DNA of 64,000 nt from Cenococcum geophilum (taxonomy: Eukaryota): NCBI GenBank assembly GCA_050273025.1, contig CP158636.1, positions 8,060,001-8,124,000 of the forward strand. Reading direction: 5' to 3'. The position numbers and the translations under genes are program-made. The notes beneath the pieces were generated by a model. That model was not told where the DNA came from. It made no database searches and saw nothing but the letters and a program-made list of their open reading frames with translations. Positions 13,769 through 27,817 of this stretch are shown here, piece after piece (within the stretch, counting starts at the first letter, position 1; every line of letters starts with the position of its first letter).

Positions 13769-14955
13769 GTAAGACTAATAATACTATACGGCTCCTAGAT
13801 CTAGGGCCTAGGACTAAGTAGTAAGGTATTAATAAAAAGCTCCTTAGCGCTACTAGCGAAGCTATAAAACTAGTACTTATATAGAACTATAGGGGCCTAT
13901 AAGAGAACACTACGCGCCATACTAGAACATAAAGTAGTAGTTCTATTAGTAGACTTATATATTAATATAACTATTATATAGAGAATAGTTATAGTATAAG
14001 GCTACCTAGTAAAAGAAAATATATATGAGGAATAAGATATATAATTATAAGGAGCGAGGGCCCCTTAAAAAGGTAATACGCCTAAGTATACTAGCTAGGA
14101 AGCCCTCTACCTATAGGTAATAGAGAGAGAGAAAAAATATAGAAACTACTAGCTTACTAGGCGGAGACCTAGCGCTGTACTAATAGAGTACTGCTATAGT
14201 AATAGAGGATAAAAGGCTATTAGTATAGATAAAGATCTACTATACTTATTGCAAGATAGGTAGACCTTAAATAGAAGCGATAATAGAAGGAGGTAGCGAA
14301 AATATAAGACGTAGCTATATAGAATACCCTATAGTTAATACTAATACTCTCCCTATATGAAGGACTAATAAAGGTAAAATCTATAGCCGCCTTCCTACTA
14401 TAGATGGAGATTTTAAGCCTAAATATATAGCTAGTAAGTATCTATATTCTAAATACTATACCTTAATACACTTATAGATAGCCTATTTAGTTAGTATACT
14501 ATATACTACTTTTCTATAGCTACCGCTTAGTAAGGTACTAGCTATTTACTAGTATAGGTATAAATTATATTACTTATACTCTCTATAAGTAGGGGCCTAT
14601 AAATAGTATTAAAATAGCTTATAGCCTAAGGAGTTCTTTAGTAGTTCTAAAATAGTATATAAGATTTAATAGGAGGACACTAAAGGATATGCCCCCTTTT
14701 AGCCCCTTAAAGACTAAATACCGCTACCTAGCCGTAGGTAGTACGCTAGTAAATTACTAGATACTTTTACTACCCCCCCTTCCCCTAGATCTTTTAATAT
14801 ACCTAAAGATATAAAAATATATTAGTTTAGTAAAGGTAAAACGTATAAAACTAACTAAAAGGAAATACTTAGGGGTTTCCCCTTATAGGGCCTTTTTCTA
14901 TATAGAAAGGTAAAAGCCTATAAAGACCTAAATAGGGACTAAATTAGGCAATAAA
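13769..14955 (+). mobile_element. 5'-truncated Tad-like LINE, family L1 (ORF2 C-terminal part and 3' UTR)
   Basis: Reverse-complement match to 15490-16690; de-RIPped VRPTMLYGSQIW..MGAYKRTP. Possible TSD TATTTATR at 13761 and 14956. Confidence 0.85.
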
Positions 14956-15008
14956 TATTTATAAAGAGATTTAAATTTTTATATTAAGCTTTAAGCTTAA
15001 GTATATAA

Positions 15009-15482
15009 TTATTATATTAATTCTATTTATTGCCCAATTTAGTTCCTTTTTAGAGCTATATATACTTCTACCTTTTTATATAGGAAAAGGCCCTATAAGG
15101 GGGAAAACCTAAGTATTTCCTTTTAGCTAGTTTTATATATTTTACCTTTATTAAACTAATATATTTTTATATCTTTAGGTATATTAAAAGATCTAAAGGG
15201 GGTTAGTAGAAGTACTTAGTAATTCGCTAGCGTACTACCTACAGCTAGGTAGGGGTATTTAGTCTTTAAGGGGCTAGAAAAGGGCGTATCCTTTAGTATT
15301 CTTCTATTAGATCTTATATACTATTTAAAACTACTAAAGAACTCCTTAAGCTATAAGCTATTTATTACTACTTATAGGCCTCTATTTATAGAGAGTATTT
15401 AAGTAATATAATTTATACCTATGCTAGTAAATAGCTAGTCCCTTACTAAGCTGTAGCTATAGAAATGTAGTATATAGTATAC
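15009..15482 (-). mobile_element. 5'-truncated LINE L1 (3' end only)
   Basis: Same 3' terminus AATAAATAGAATTAAT(A) on the minus strand. Direct repeat of 15483-15985. Possible TSD AAGTATATAA at 14999 and 20743. Confidence 0.85.
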
Positions 15483-18400
15483 TATTATTATTAATTCTAT
15501 TTATTGCCTGGTTTAGTCCCTTTTTAGGTCTATATAGGCTTCCACCTTTATATATAGGAAAAAGCCCTATAAGGGGAAAAACCTAAGTATTTCCTTTTAG
15601 CTAATTCTATACGTTTCACCTTTACCTAGCTAGTATATCTTTATATCTTTTAGTCTGCCTTATATACTATACTTTTTAAGTATATTAGAAGATCTAAGGG
15701 GAGGTAGTAGAAGGGCCTAGCGATTTGCTAATAAGCCGCCTATAACTAGGCGGGGGTATTTAGTCCTTAAGGATCTAAAATAAGGCGTATCTTCCAGTAT
15801 CCTCCTATTAGATCTTATATACTATTTAGAACTATTAAAGAATTCCTTAGCCTATAAGCTATTTTACTACTATTTATAGGCCTCTACTTATAGAGAGTAT
15901 TTAAGTAATATAATTTATGCCTATACTAGTAAGGAACTAGTCCCTTACTAAGCGGTAGCTATAAAATAATAGTATATAGCATACTAGCTAAATAGGCCAC
16001 CCGTATATATATTAAGGTAAGGCATTTAGAATATAGATATTTACTAGCTATATATTTAGGCCTAAAACCTTTATCTATAGTGGAAAGGCGGCTATAGATT
16101 TTACCTTTATTAGTATTAACTATAGGGTGTTCTTTATAGCTCAGTCTTATATTTTCGCTACCTCCTTCTATTATCGCTTCTATTTAAAATATATCTATCT
16201 TGCAATTAGTATAGTAGATTTCTATCTATATTAGTAACCTTATATTCTCTATTATTATTATAGCGCTAGGTCTTTGCCTAGTAAGCTAGTAGTTTCTATA
16301 TTTCCTTTTCTCTCTTTACTATTTATAGGTAGTGGGCTTCCTAGCTAGTATATTTAGGCGTATTACCCCTTTAAGGGGCTATCACTTTTTATATATATCT
16401 CGTTCCTTATATATATTTTAGTATTTAGTATATATTTTCTTTTACTAGGTAGCCTTATACTATAACTATTCTCTATATAGTAGTTATATTAATATATAAG
16501 TCTACTAGTAGAACTACTCCTTTATGTTCTAGTATGGCGCATAGTGTTCTTCTATAGGCCTCTATAGTTCTATATAAGTACTAGTTTTATAGCTTAGCTA
16601 ATAGCACTAGAAAGCTTTTTATTAGTACCTTACTACCTAGTCCTAGGCCCTAGATTTAGGAGCTGTATAGTATTATTAGCCTTACTACTGCTATATATAG
16701 TAGGCGTATATATTTAAAAGGGGGTCCCTATATTAAGGTAGTAATTTATAATACTATTAAAAATACTCCTACTCCTTTATAAGTTGCCTATATAATATAC
16801 TTGTTCTAGTTTAACCTAAAGTCTATTTAAACCCCTAGGACCTTAAGGATAGCTTCTAGTTTTACTTTATAGCTCTAGATATTTACTATTAAGGCTAGGT
16901 TACTACTTACCTTTTTTTCCCTTATAAAGTAAATAGGCTAGTATTTATCTAGTACGAATTTAGCGCTATATTGTTTTGCCTATATAATATACCTATTATA
17001 TCCCTAGTTTAGCCTAGTATAGTTTTGTACTACTATATTTTCCTATATAATTAAATTTATATTATCTATAAATTTTAGGGCTATTATATACTAGCTATTA
17101 TTATATATCTCTAGTAGTTTAGATATAAAGAAAATAATTAGAATTAGTAATAGGGGTAATCCCTATATAATACCTATAGGTATTAGTATTAATTCGCTTT
17201 TATAGCCCTTAATTATAATTTTTATAGTACGCTATATTAGAAAGGCTTAGATAAACTTAATTATCTAGTTTAGTAGACCCTTATTTCTTAGGATTTATAA
17301 AAGTCTCTTATATAATATATTATTAAATATTTTACTTAGGTCTAGGCTTAGTATAAATATAATATATCCTTAGTAAGCTTACTATACCGCTTAAATACTA
17401 GAGGTAATTGGGGAGAGAGCTAAAAGGGTCAATCTTTTCTTTCTTACGCCTATTTATATCTACAGTAGTAGCTCCTATACTTCCGCCGCTTCTTATATAC
17501 ATTCTATAACTATTTTTTCTAAAAGCCTTTTTAGGGTTAGTAGCTTTCTAAAATAGAGTAGTCTTTTTTAATACCTTTTATAAGACAATTATAGTTATTG
17601 CTATAAAGTATTTAAGTAGTTCGCCTCTCTAAAGGTAGGCAGTTACGGCGCTAGTAAGTAGTATTACTACCGCTTCTACTACGGCTTTAATTACCTTATT
17701 TAGGGTCTTATCTAGCCTTAACGCTTTACTAGTAGGGAGCTTTAATATAGTGTCTTTTATTTCTTTTACTAATATTATATAACTTATTTTAATAGGTAAG
17801 GGGTAAAATTAGCTACTAATATTTTATAGGTCTGCTTAGCCCGCGCCTAAAAAGAACCTCTCTACTAATATTTTAATTTATTCCTTATTATTATTTATAT
17901 ACTAGTCCTATTCTATTTAGTAAAGTATAAGTAGGTAAAAGTCCCCTAGCGTCTCTCTAGTAGCTTACCTACTTTACTTTAATATATACTAGAGCCCTTA
18001 TTATATAGTTTAGTAGAGGTTAAGGTAATTTCTTTTAGGAATTAGCGCTAGTTATTTCTACCCTCCTTTTATATTATCTTCTTAGGCCTATTCTTTAGGG
18101 CCTTATAGCTCTATTATTAGTAGGCTTTATTTATTATATTATACTATCGCCTTGCCTTTTTTACGCCTATAAGTAGCTAGGCCTTTAAGTAGTATTCTTC
18201 TAAGCAGTTACTTATAATCCTTTAGATATCCTCTAGTAATACCTAGGGTATAGCTACTAGCCTATTAATAACTTCATAGGCATACTTTTTTAAGTTAAAT
18301 TTCTTAGTAGCATATCTCTAGCGGGTTTATTACGCTAGTGCGGCAATATTAAGCGTTATCCGTATAGGTATATAGTCTAAGATAATTACCTATATACCTT

Positions 18401-20740
18401 CTAGGCCGTAAAGTGCTAGTTAGTTTATAAGTATTTCTTATATAAATATAAGGTCGATTAGACTCTTTTAGGTTCCTCTTTTCTAGGTAGGTTTACCTAT
18501 TAGGGTAGTTAGAGTAAGGCTCTACGTTTTAAGCTTATTTAGTAGATAAGTCGCCTATACTTTAGCTATAACCTACTATCCTTACTACGCTATATAGTAT
18601 GCGTTAAAATTCCCTAGGACTATTACCTTGCCTTTTACTATATTAATAGTATATTAGAATAGTTCCTATATAGTAATTTAGGGTTTATTATCCCTTAGGT
18701 TATAAATGTTAATTATACTAATTTAGCTCCTATTAGTAGCTACTTATAGTTTACCTATATTAGGGCTAATAGTGTAATAGCTCTATACCTATATATTAAT
18801 GTATTAACTAAGTAGCTAGGTTTAGTTAAATAAAAGGTAATATCCTTTTATTTAGTATATTTTACATAGTTATTTATTATATACCAATTCCTATAGGGCT
18901 ATTATCTAATACTTTTTTAGGTTTAGGCTATTAAATAGGAGATGTATTACTTTATAGTTTAAGTGTCCGTAGTTATATTATACTATTATTAATATTTTTA
19001 TAGTATTAGTTAGTCTAGTAACTTATAGGTATCTTCTATTCGCCTCTAAGGCGTCTTATTAGGGACTATTATAATTAGAATTCTTTACTAGGGTAGGCCT
19101 TTAGTGGCGTTAGTACTACCTTATAGGTGTTCTACGCTCCCCTTTACTACTAGCTAGGTAAAGGGTGCCCCTATTAGGGTTAGTACTCTAGATCTCTTTC
19201 TTTATATAACTATCTAATCGCCGTTACTTATCCTACTTAGCTCTTTCTCCTTATAGATATTTTCCCGTAGCGTAGTTATAACCTAGTAGACTTTAGGTAT
19301 ACCTAAAAGGTTTTATATGCCGTCTTCTGCTATACTTTATATTCTTTACTATAGTTTACGTATTTAGCTCCCTTATCCTTAGGGTAGTTCTTCATCTTAT
19401 ATATATTAGCGTATCACCTATACCTTTCCTATCTCCTATATACGCTCTAGGTATAGCCTTACTACTAGTATCTAAAGTATTAGCGGATTTAGACTACGTA
19501 GTAGTATAGCCGGACTTTATACTATAGGCTATTTATAACTATTCCTTTATAGGCTTCTACCGTCTATATCTTCTAAGTTAATAGGTTAATTATTAAGGTA
19601 TTATGTATTTTAACCCCTTAGAACCCTAGTAATACCCCTATATATATATTATACGTACTCTATAAAGCAATATAACCCTAAATATTATAATTCCTAAGAC
19701 TAGTTTTTAGTAACCTCTATAATCTTTTAGATAAGTTATAAGTTTATAGCGCCTTACCCGCTTTCTACTTATATATTAAGGGGTACCCTAATTACTTTAA
19801 CTGGGTAGTTTTAACGGAGGATCTCCCTAAGTAATAGCCTAGTCCTTTACCTATTAGTTAAGGAGTATAACCTCTATATTATTACTATATAGAACCCCTA
19901 CTACTACTGCCTTTAGTATATATACTCTAATTAATATAAGGATCTATTTTAGCTTTACCCTTACTAACTTTAATATTTAGACCCTAACTATAGACCTTAT
20001 AGGTACTATATTGGGTAGACGCTAGAGGGGTACTAATTAGGTACTAGTAGCAATATTAGCCTATAAGGGCTTTATTAAGTATGTTATTAGTATTCCCTAT
20101 AATTTTATAGCATCTTTAATATACCTAAGCCTATCCTCTATGGCATTTTAGTTTTTATTATATCTTATCTATAGCTCCTAAATAATTTATCCTACTATTA
20201 AGCCGCACGCGCTACTCCTACGCATAGGTATTTATTTTCTCTCTTTCCTAAATCTTCCTTAATATCTTTTAGGATGTTTATAAATTCCTACCATTTCTAG
20301 TCGTTATTTTTTAGTTATTATAGTTATATCGCCCCCTATTAGGTTTATTATAGTGTTGCAATTTTCTATATAGCGTCCTACCTTTAAGTCTACGTTAACC
20401 CTCCTATATTGCGCAGGCTTTCCAGCTATACTATATGTATTAGTTCTAGGATATAATATGCTGTAGATTTAATTGGGAGTAGTTGTTTCTTTATTAGGTA
20501 GGTAGTAGACGTGTTCTACTACTATAGCGGCTTTTTACTAAGTTTAATTATAAGATTAAATATAAACCTAGTAAGTTAAACCTGGTAAATAGCCTATTAT
20601 AGTACTTAGACTATATAAAAGAGTTATAAAAAGGCAGTAAAAGGATAATCTTTAATACTATACTACTAATAATATAGTAAAAGTTATAGATAATAAGCCT
20701 TATAAGAGGTATCTAGTGCTACTATATTAACTATACTATA
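15483..20740 (-). mobile_element. Near full-length Tad-like LINE L1 (about 5.3 kb): 5' UTR, ORF1 gag with CCHC knuckles, ORF2 AP endonuclease plus RT, (ATA)n tail
   Basis: ORF1 from about 20525 with de-RIPped CANCGKEH knuckle near 19350. APE motifs near 18990 (QYNCG) and 18610 (VLGNFNA, from VLGDFNAHH). RT motifs near 17170 (G.PQGSPLSPIL) and 17070. 5' boundary approximate. Confidence 0.88.
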
Positions 20741-20984
20741 AAAAGTATATAAAAAGTATATAAGTGACCTTTATAACTATAGTACTAATAAGCTAAGGTA
20801 CTCTATTATAATAACTTTATAAATAGTATCTATATTATATAATATACTTACTAGTATAGACTTTATATAGAGTCTTATACTATAATAAAAAGTAATAGTA
20901 ATAGCTTTTACTAAAAATAACTTTTAAGGAAGAACTTTCTAAACTACTTTTAAACTATATTTAAATGGTATAGGATAAGGTTAC

Positions 20985-21255
20985 TGTTCGTACTAATTTA
21001 ATAGCACGAGTGAGTCGTATCCAGGGGCACGAAATACGTATAGTATTGTATACTCGTTTAGATGGTGACTGTCTCTTGTATTAAAGCAGACTACGTGGTC
21101 TATATACTGATGCGTCCTCCCCCCCTAATTAGTTAGTGCTTCAGGAGTGCACTAGACGCGTAAGCGGGTGGTTAGTGCACCGAACGCGTAAACGCGTACT
21201 TGGTGTACCGAACGCGTAAGCACGCGGTTGGTACAATAGGTGCTGTAATTATATA
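20985..21255 (-). repeat. 3' LTR of GalEa-like copy 2
   Basis: Direct repeat of 26960-27230. Confidence 0.95.
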
Positions 21256-24200
21256 CTAGCGGTACTTGAAAAATGAAACCACCTGTGTACAGCCTCCGTA
21301 ATTGCTTTAATAGAGCCGTAAAACACAAAAGAAATACATAAGAAATCCCTCCTAAGGTGCCTTCTAGGCTGCCTTCCAAACGGTGCTCCAAACTGGCCGT
21401 AAGTCCTACTTACGGTCCGTAAAGTAAGCTGTACGGCCTTCCAACGGGCCGTAAATGAACCGTAAGTGCTCCGTTAGTTACGTTCCACCCATTCTGTAAC
21501 CTTTAGATTAAGCTTGTTTGTGTCAATTAGGGTTTTTAAAGCTTAACACGGCTTTGCCTTAGTTATTACGTCCGCTGGGTTGTCTCCGCTGTTAATCTAT
21601 TTAACCTCCGTAATCTCACGTCGTTTGTAGGCCTAACGTAAGCACATTAGGTCGACCATAAGCCTCTTCTCCTGTATTGTACCTAGTTTGACTAGGCAGT
21701 CGTAAAGGGACTTTAAGTTGGTGTATAAAACCAGGGGTAACTGCTCCAGTTGTAGAATCTTCTGGACTGTTAATTTGATTGCGGCTGCTATATTAAATCC
21801 ATGAGCTAGTGCATATAGTTTAGAAGCTAGTATACTGCGGGTTACTTGTTTGCACTTAATTGAAGACTAGTATAGTATATTTGCGTCCTAATTGCGGTCC
21901 GTAAGTACAATTACAAAGCCGATTTATGATGACAGGTCTTTGTTATTGGCAAAGGAGGCGTCCGTAAATGCTAGTAGGCTAAGGGAATTTAGGTCTAGTG
22001 GTACAAAAGTAAGTCCCCTTACTGCATTGTCAATTTGCCACTAAATGCGCTTATTAAGCTGTTTAATATTTTCCTCTTGCGGGTCTATTACCTGGGCCGT
22101 AAAGGATAAATTATAGGTAGATTTAGGTTGACAGACTGTAGCAATATAGGCGCCTCTTGCACGCTGTGTAGCGTATTAGTCCTTTATATTTATGGTCTTA
22201 TGGGTCTCTCCGTGGGAACTGGTAAGGTCTGTAGGCTTTACTATAACAGGCTTTAGGTTTTAAGCTTGGCGTTCCTAAGTTAGCTTAATTAAGTTACCCT
22301 TTTGTGTAATTAAGCCTCCATTAAACTTAATTGGAGTCTACTTAGTTAACTGCTTTTGCGGCTTTGCCAAGAACTTTACCTTTTATAGTTTAGTTTCTTT
22401 AGCGTCCGCAAAGGTTTGGTTTACTAGGAAGAGGGTATTATCTATTTAGAGTCTAACGATATTAAGGCCGTTTAATAGGGTATATAGGAGGTAGGGGTCG
22501 TAGGTCGACTGTTCCATTTTGAGGTTACTAATATAATACTAGTGGTACGTCTTAAATTAATGGTTTCTGGCTTCTAGTACTCCATAAAGAGGTTTTATAA
22601 CCCGTAAAATTGTTTTTAGTTGCAAATTAAGCTTAAGGGGTGGCCGTATAAAGATGTCCCTACTTAGGTAGGTATTAGACTGCACGTAGGCTTATGAGAT
22701 ATCCCGTAAGTAGAGGGCTATGGGCTTAGTTTGCTGTAGTCCAGGCGTAAGCGTAAGTATAATCCGTTAACTGACTCGTTAAATTGTAGGCAATTGCGTA
22801 AGGACTAGGTCCTTTCCCTGGTTATTATAAGCTTATATAATAAGCCTTAATTTCTTAAAGGCTTTGTTAGTACTAGGGTGCTTAATCTCGTTAATAAAGC
22901 GTAAGTTAAATATACGGACGCCTTGCGGAACGTCTCTCTCCGTTACGACCGCAAAGACACCCTTCTTAAGTAGTCCGTTAATCTCTTTATATCGTAAGTC
23001 CGTAAATAGGGTTTCCTATACTAGAACTGATATATCCGCAGGTGGAGATTGCCTTGCGGATATTCCTGCGGAGGTTAGGTAATTCTCTGTTACGGGGTTC
23101 TTAGTTATAGGGTGCTTTTAGGGGCGTCCTTAACTATGCTTTATAGTAGGTTAAGTAGGTTTAGTGGGTTTCTAGGGGACTTTTAGGGTAGGTAAGGGTG
23201 CTTCTAGTTTGTCTAATTCGGTAGTCGCTTCTAGTTTATCTAGTTCGGTGGTTGCTTCTAGTTTGTCTAGCTCGACATTATAGGTGTTTTTGGGCCGAAA
23301 GTAGGGTTTTACGGACGTGCTTCTGAAGCTAGTTGGCCTACTAGGAAGCTATACGCAGTATATCTCGTTTTCTACAGCTAGTAGATAATAAGGTCCGGTC
23401 CAGTTACCGCTCTTACGCTATATAAGGACTTTAGAATTAAGCGGGAGGTTATAAACTAAGGTCGTGTTAGGTCCGTTACGGTAATATAGGGCGCTATTAA
23501 CAGCTTGTTTGGCCCGTAATTTAACTATTTTAGCTATTGCTTTCCGTATTGTAGCTGCTCGTTCCATAATAGATGGGGTAGGAGGGCCTAGGTTACTTAT
23601 CCTTGGGTAAGCTCCATAAACCAAGAGGGTGGGTACTAGTTCGTTAGGGCTAGCGGTGTCGTTAACGGCTTTTACGGCCATCTGTAGAGCCAGTTCCTTT
23701 TAGATGTCCTTATATTTGTCTGTAATAATCTAGTAAGCTCTCCGTAAGGCTAGGTAAGCTCGCTTAATAAGCCTAACGGACTAATGTGCCTTAACTAGAA
23801 CGGCTTTTATTAATATAGCTATGGCCGTAGTATACTGCTGGAATTCCTTGCTAATGAAGTTCCTACTAGCGTTGTGGGTAATATACTGCGGGGGTCCGAC
23901 GTATGTATCGATCTAGCAGGTCCGTAAAATATCCCAAGTATGCTTTATGGATATATTTTGTAACTAACGGGCGGCTTAGTAGTGGGTTGCCTTATCGATT
24001 ATATATAGTACTGGGCTGCCGTTAATATATATAATGTCTACGTACACTAAATGGTTAAAATTAAGGTCCTTATAAAGGGTGAACTTAAATTAGCCTAGGG
24101 AACGTCCGTATTTCTGGCAAAAGGAGCAGTATTTAGTTAGGTAGTTGATTGCCTTCCTATTAACGTTGTTATGTCTAGAGCGTTTAAGGACTCTATATAG

Positions 24201-26959
24201 CTTTTCGGCTAATAGGTGGCTAAAACGGCGGTACAGGCGGTGGATTTCAGTACTGGTAAGGTAGCATGGGTTATAGTTAAAAGATTCCTAAATATAGGTC
24301 CGTAGAGTCTCTCCCTATATAAGGAACGGGTGTCTAAATCGTTGTATAATTGGCAGGGTAATATGCTTGCTTCCTAGGGCAGTTGCGGGGCTAATTACGG
24401 TATCTGTAATATTATTATAGTAAACCTATAACCTATCTATGTCCGCAAGATAGAGTAGAAAAGGGGTATCCGCTTTTACTATGTGGAAGTTAACTAGGCT
24501 AATTAGGGTCTTAACTTTAACTAATCTAATTAATGTGGTTGAGCCGATACCGAACTGGACGTTTACGGCCCTATTTTACGTAATATCGATATCCGTATTG
24601 TCATTTGTGGTGGTCCTATATGCGAGGTATTGTCCGTAGCCTGCGGTAGACTTCTTAGAGGTACCTATATCGATTATAACACCGTAGAATTTCTTAGGGG
24701 TATAGCGTTCTGTGGTAATATATGCAAATAGGTCCTGCTTATAATCTATAACGTCTATAACAGGGGTACTTACGGAATGGTTTTTGGGCGTAATTAAGTG
24801 TATAAAGGAGCGGTCGGCTAATGCGGTTATAGTATTAAAGGCTTAGCTGTCCGTAAAAGGTCCGAAAGTGGTTAGGAATATCTCTAAGGTCTCTTATTCC
24901 TAAGTGTTTAAGTTAAAGTTAATTATAAGGGCTTCTATTAACTTATTAGGGGGCTCTTCTGCTTCCTCTCCTTCGTATTCCAAAATAAACTGGTTAATGC
25001 GGCTATTAAGTCTCTTCCTAGACTTGTTATGTTCTTCCTAGGTATACCTTATAGACTAATATCCTTCCTTACCGCATATAAAGCACTTTTGGCTAGTTTG
25101 TCTGTGGGGGTATGTTTTCGTACGGGGGTTACTGCGGGGGTTATAGGTAGGACTTAGTCGGTACGGGTGCTGCTAGCGGTAGCGGCGGTCCGTAAAGTAG
25201 ACGTCTAAGTCTATTTGCGGATATTAAATATCCGTAATAAAGGCTTAAGTGCTGCCTGGTGGGTTTAAGACTTTATACGTTATAATAGAGGAGCGTAAAT
25301 TATTAATAAGGCCAGCTAAGGTGTCTGCGGGCTTGTAATAGGCGTACTTATAAGGCTCTACTTCCTGGCAAGCCGTAATAAGTTTGTTATGCAGGAAGTC
25401 GTCTGTTTAAAGCTTGGCGTTAAGGCCGTACTGTAGATGCTAGAGGTCTTTAATAAGGATTTGCAGACACTCTGTAGTCGATTTTTTGGTGTTCTTGTTA
25501 ATTACGGTCCGTAGCTTGGTCGCATTCTATTGGGTAAGAATATCGCGCTTATATTCCGGTCCTTTAAAGTAGTTGCATGTAGCTTTGTATAGCTTATTAA
25601 AAGGAACACCGAGAGGGTTGCTCTTAAGGTTGGTGTAGTAGTGGTTAAGGGCTAGGCCGCGCAGCATGGTAGAGTAGGCTTAGCTAAACTCCTGTTTGGG
25701 AATATTAGCCTTCTAACAAAGGTCCATAAAGATGGTTAGTTTAAAATCAAAATTGTCGTTTTTACCGCTGTATTTAGATTCGTCGGTATAGAGCTTAGCT
25801 AGGTTAGCTAGCTCCTTGCCGTAGGTCTTCGCTTAGGTGGGTTGCGGATCTGTAACTTGCGGATCTATGGCTTGCGGATATATGGCTTGCGGATATATAG
25901 TTTGCGGATATGTAGTTTACGGATCTGTGACTTAAATAATAGGGGTGATTTAGTCCGTATTTTGGTTTATAGGGGTATTATAGTCCGTAATTTGGGTTAC
26001 GGTGGTATTGTGGTCTGTAACTTAAGTATTGGGTATACTTTGGCCAGTAAGATTAATTCTAATACTACTTGGGTTTGTGGAACGAATTTGGTTAAATAGG
26101 TCAGCTATAAGGCCAGAGATTCTATTAAGTTTGAAGGAGGCAAAGAGGTTACTGGTTTTAATGTGATCTAAGATCTGCTCTTTAGTCCATTCCGTTTGGT
26201 CCTCCTTACGTAGTGTGTTATATAGAGACCGTGCAACAGTGACTCGTTTGTCCTTTTTAACCCATACACCTTAGTGACGTAAAAGGTTTCGTAGGTTACG
26301 GACAGGTATAATACTGCAAGCCTTAAAAGTAGCTTCTGTAAAGTCTGCAAAGTCTTCCTTATATTGCTCCTATAGGTCGTCGTTTATAAGCTTGTAATGT
26401 CCGTATTTAAGGACTTTAAACTTAATATAGTTATTAACGTCGTTTATAGACGTAAGGTCGACTCCCTAACTCCACTTCTCTTAGCCTTTATTAATTTGCT
26501 TACTTATGTCTGCCATGCTGTGTAGTGTAGTGCGTAGCGGGTGGGGAGGGTCTTGTAGTAGTCCGTAAAGGCGGTGGATGTCCGTAACGGTTTGTAGAAG
26601 GGTAGGGGGTTTCTATAAGGTCTTGTAACGGTCCATAGGGGCAATTAACAGGTCCGTAGTAGTTCGCAGAAGGGTAAGGGGTCTCTATAAGGGGTCTAAA
26701 AAGAGGACGGAGGATAGGGGTTCGAGGTTTAAAGGTAGGTTTAGGGTAGGGGGTTCTATACAGGTCTGTATTCGCGTCTATAAACTTCCGGTAAACCGTA
26801 TTAAGACTTAAATAAGTATACAGAGTTGGTGATAGTCCATAATCCTTCACCTTCCGACCTTCCAGCAGGTCGTACTGGGATTAAACGGGTGGTCGCTGTC
26901 GTGTATTGCTTGGGGGGAGTTGTCAAGTAATTACTGATCTGTGCGCGCTCACTAATTAG

Positions 26960-27230
26960 TGTTCGTACTAATTTAATAGCACGAGTAAGTTGTATCCAGG
27001 GGCACGAAATACGTATAGTATTGTATGCTCGTTTGGATGGTGACTGTCTCTTATATTGAAGCAGACTACGTGGTCTATATACTGATGCGTCCTCCCCCCC
27101 TAATTAGTCAGTGCTTCAGGAGTGCACCAGACGCGTAAGCGGGTGGTTGGTGCACCGAACGCGTAAACGCGTACTTGGTGTACCGAACGCGTAAGCACGC
27201 GGTTGGTATAACAGGTGCTATAATTATACA
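26960..27230 (-). repeat. 5' LTR of GalEa-like copy 2
   Basis: TGTTCG...TATACA followed by TSD GTTAC. Confidence 0.95.
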
Positions 27231-27446
27231 GTTACTAATTCTTATACTATTTATAAGAAGTTAGAAAGGGTAGAAATGCCTATTAGTATAAAAGATTATT
27301 TTTTAATTAAAACAATCTTATATAATAAAATAGTAAAGGTTTAATACTAAAAATATTTTGCTTTATTAAAAGATCCTTTAAAGGAATTATAAAAATCCTA
27401 TAATAGGCCATTATAGCTTTAATTATACTTATAAAGTAATTATATA

Positions 27447-27723
27447 ATAATTATTTATTGCTTAACCTCTGATTTGGATCCCTATTAGGCCTATATGGAC
27501 TACTCCTTATATACATATAGGGAGAAAACTCTATTTAAGAAAACCCTGTAATTTATCTCCTCGCCTTTTAGGACTTACCTACTTAGCGCCTATAAGTTAC
27601 CTGTAGTACTTTACTACCTTTCTTTTTAACCTTTTTAGAAACCACTGCTGCCGTAATAAGCCTATAGACGCGCTAGTATTACGGACTTTGCTTTAATATT
27701 ATAAAGTTATTAGGGGGCGCCTA
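27447..27723 (-). mobile_element. 5'-truncated LINE L2, second (shorter) copy
   Basis: Matches about 3990-4268. About 18-bp TSD TTATAARGTAATTATATA at 27429 and 27724. Confidence 0.8.
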
Positions 27724-27817
27724 TTATAAGGTAATTATATAAAAGTATATTTAAGATATACGTTTTAAAGACCTTTATAGAGATTTAAATTAATATAATA
27801 CTTATTACTATATACTT

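Larger units (their letters stand above)
20985..27230 (-). mobile_element. Full-length Ty1/Copia element, GalEa-like, copy 2 (less RIP-mutated than copy 1)
   Basis: 271-bp LTRs at 20985-21255 and 26960-27230; TSD GTTAC. ORF fragment 23418-23681 MAVKAVNDTASPNELVPTLLVYGAYPR is fungal Copia integrase. Colinear with 5509-11512. Confidence 0.96.
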
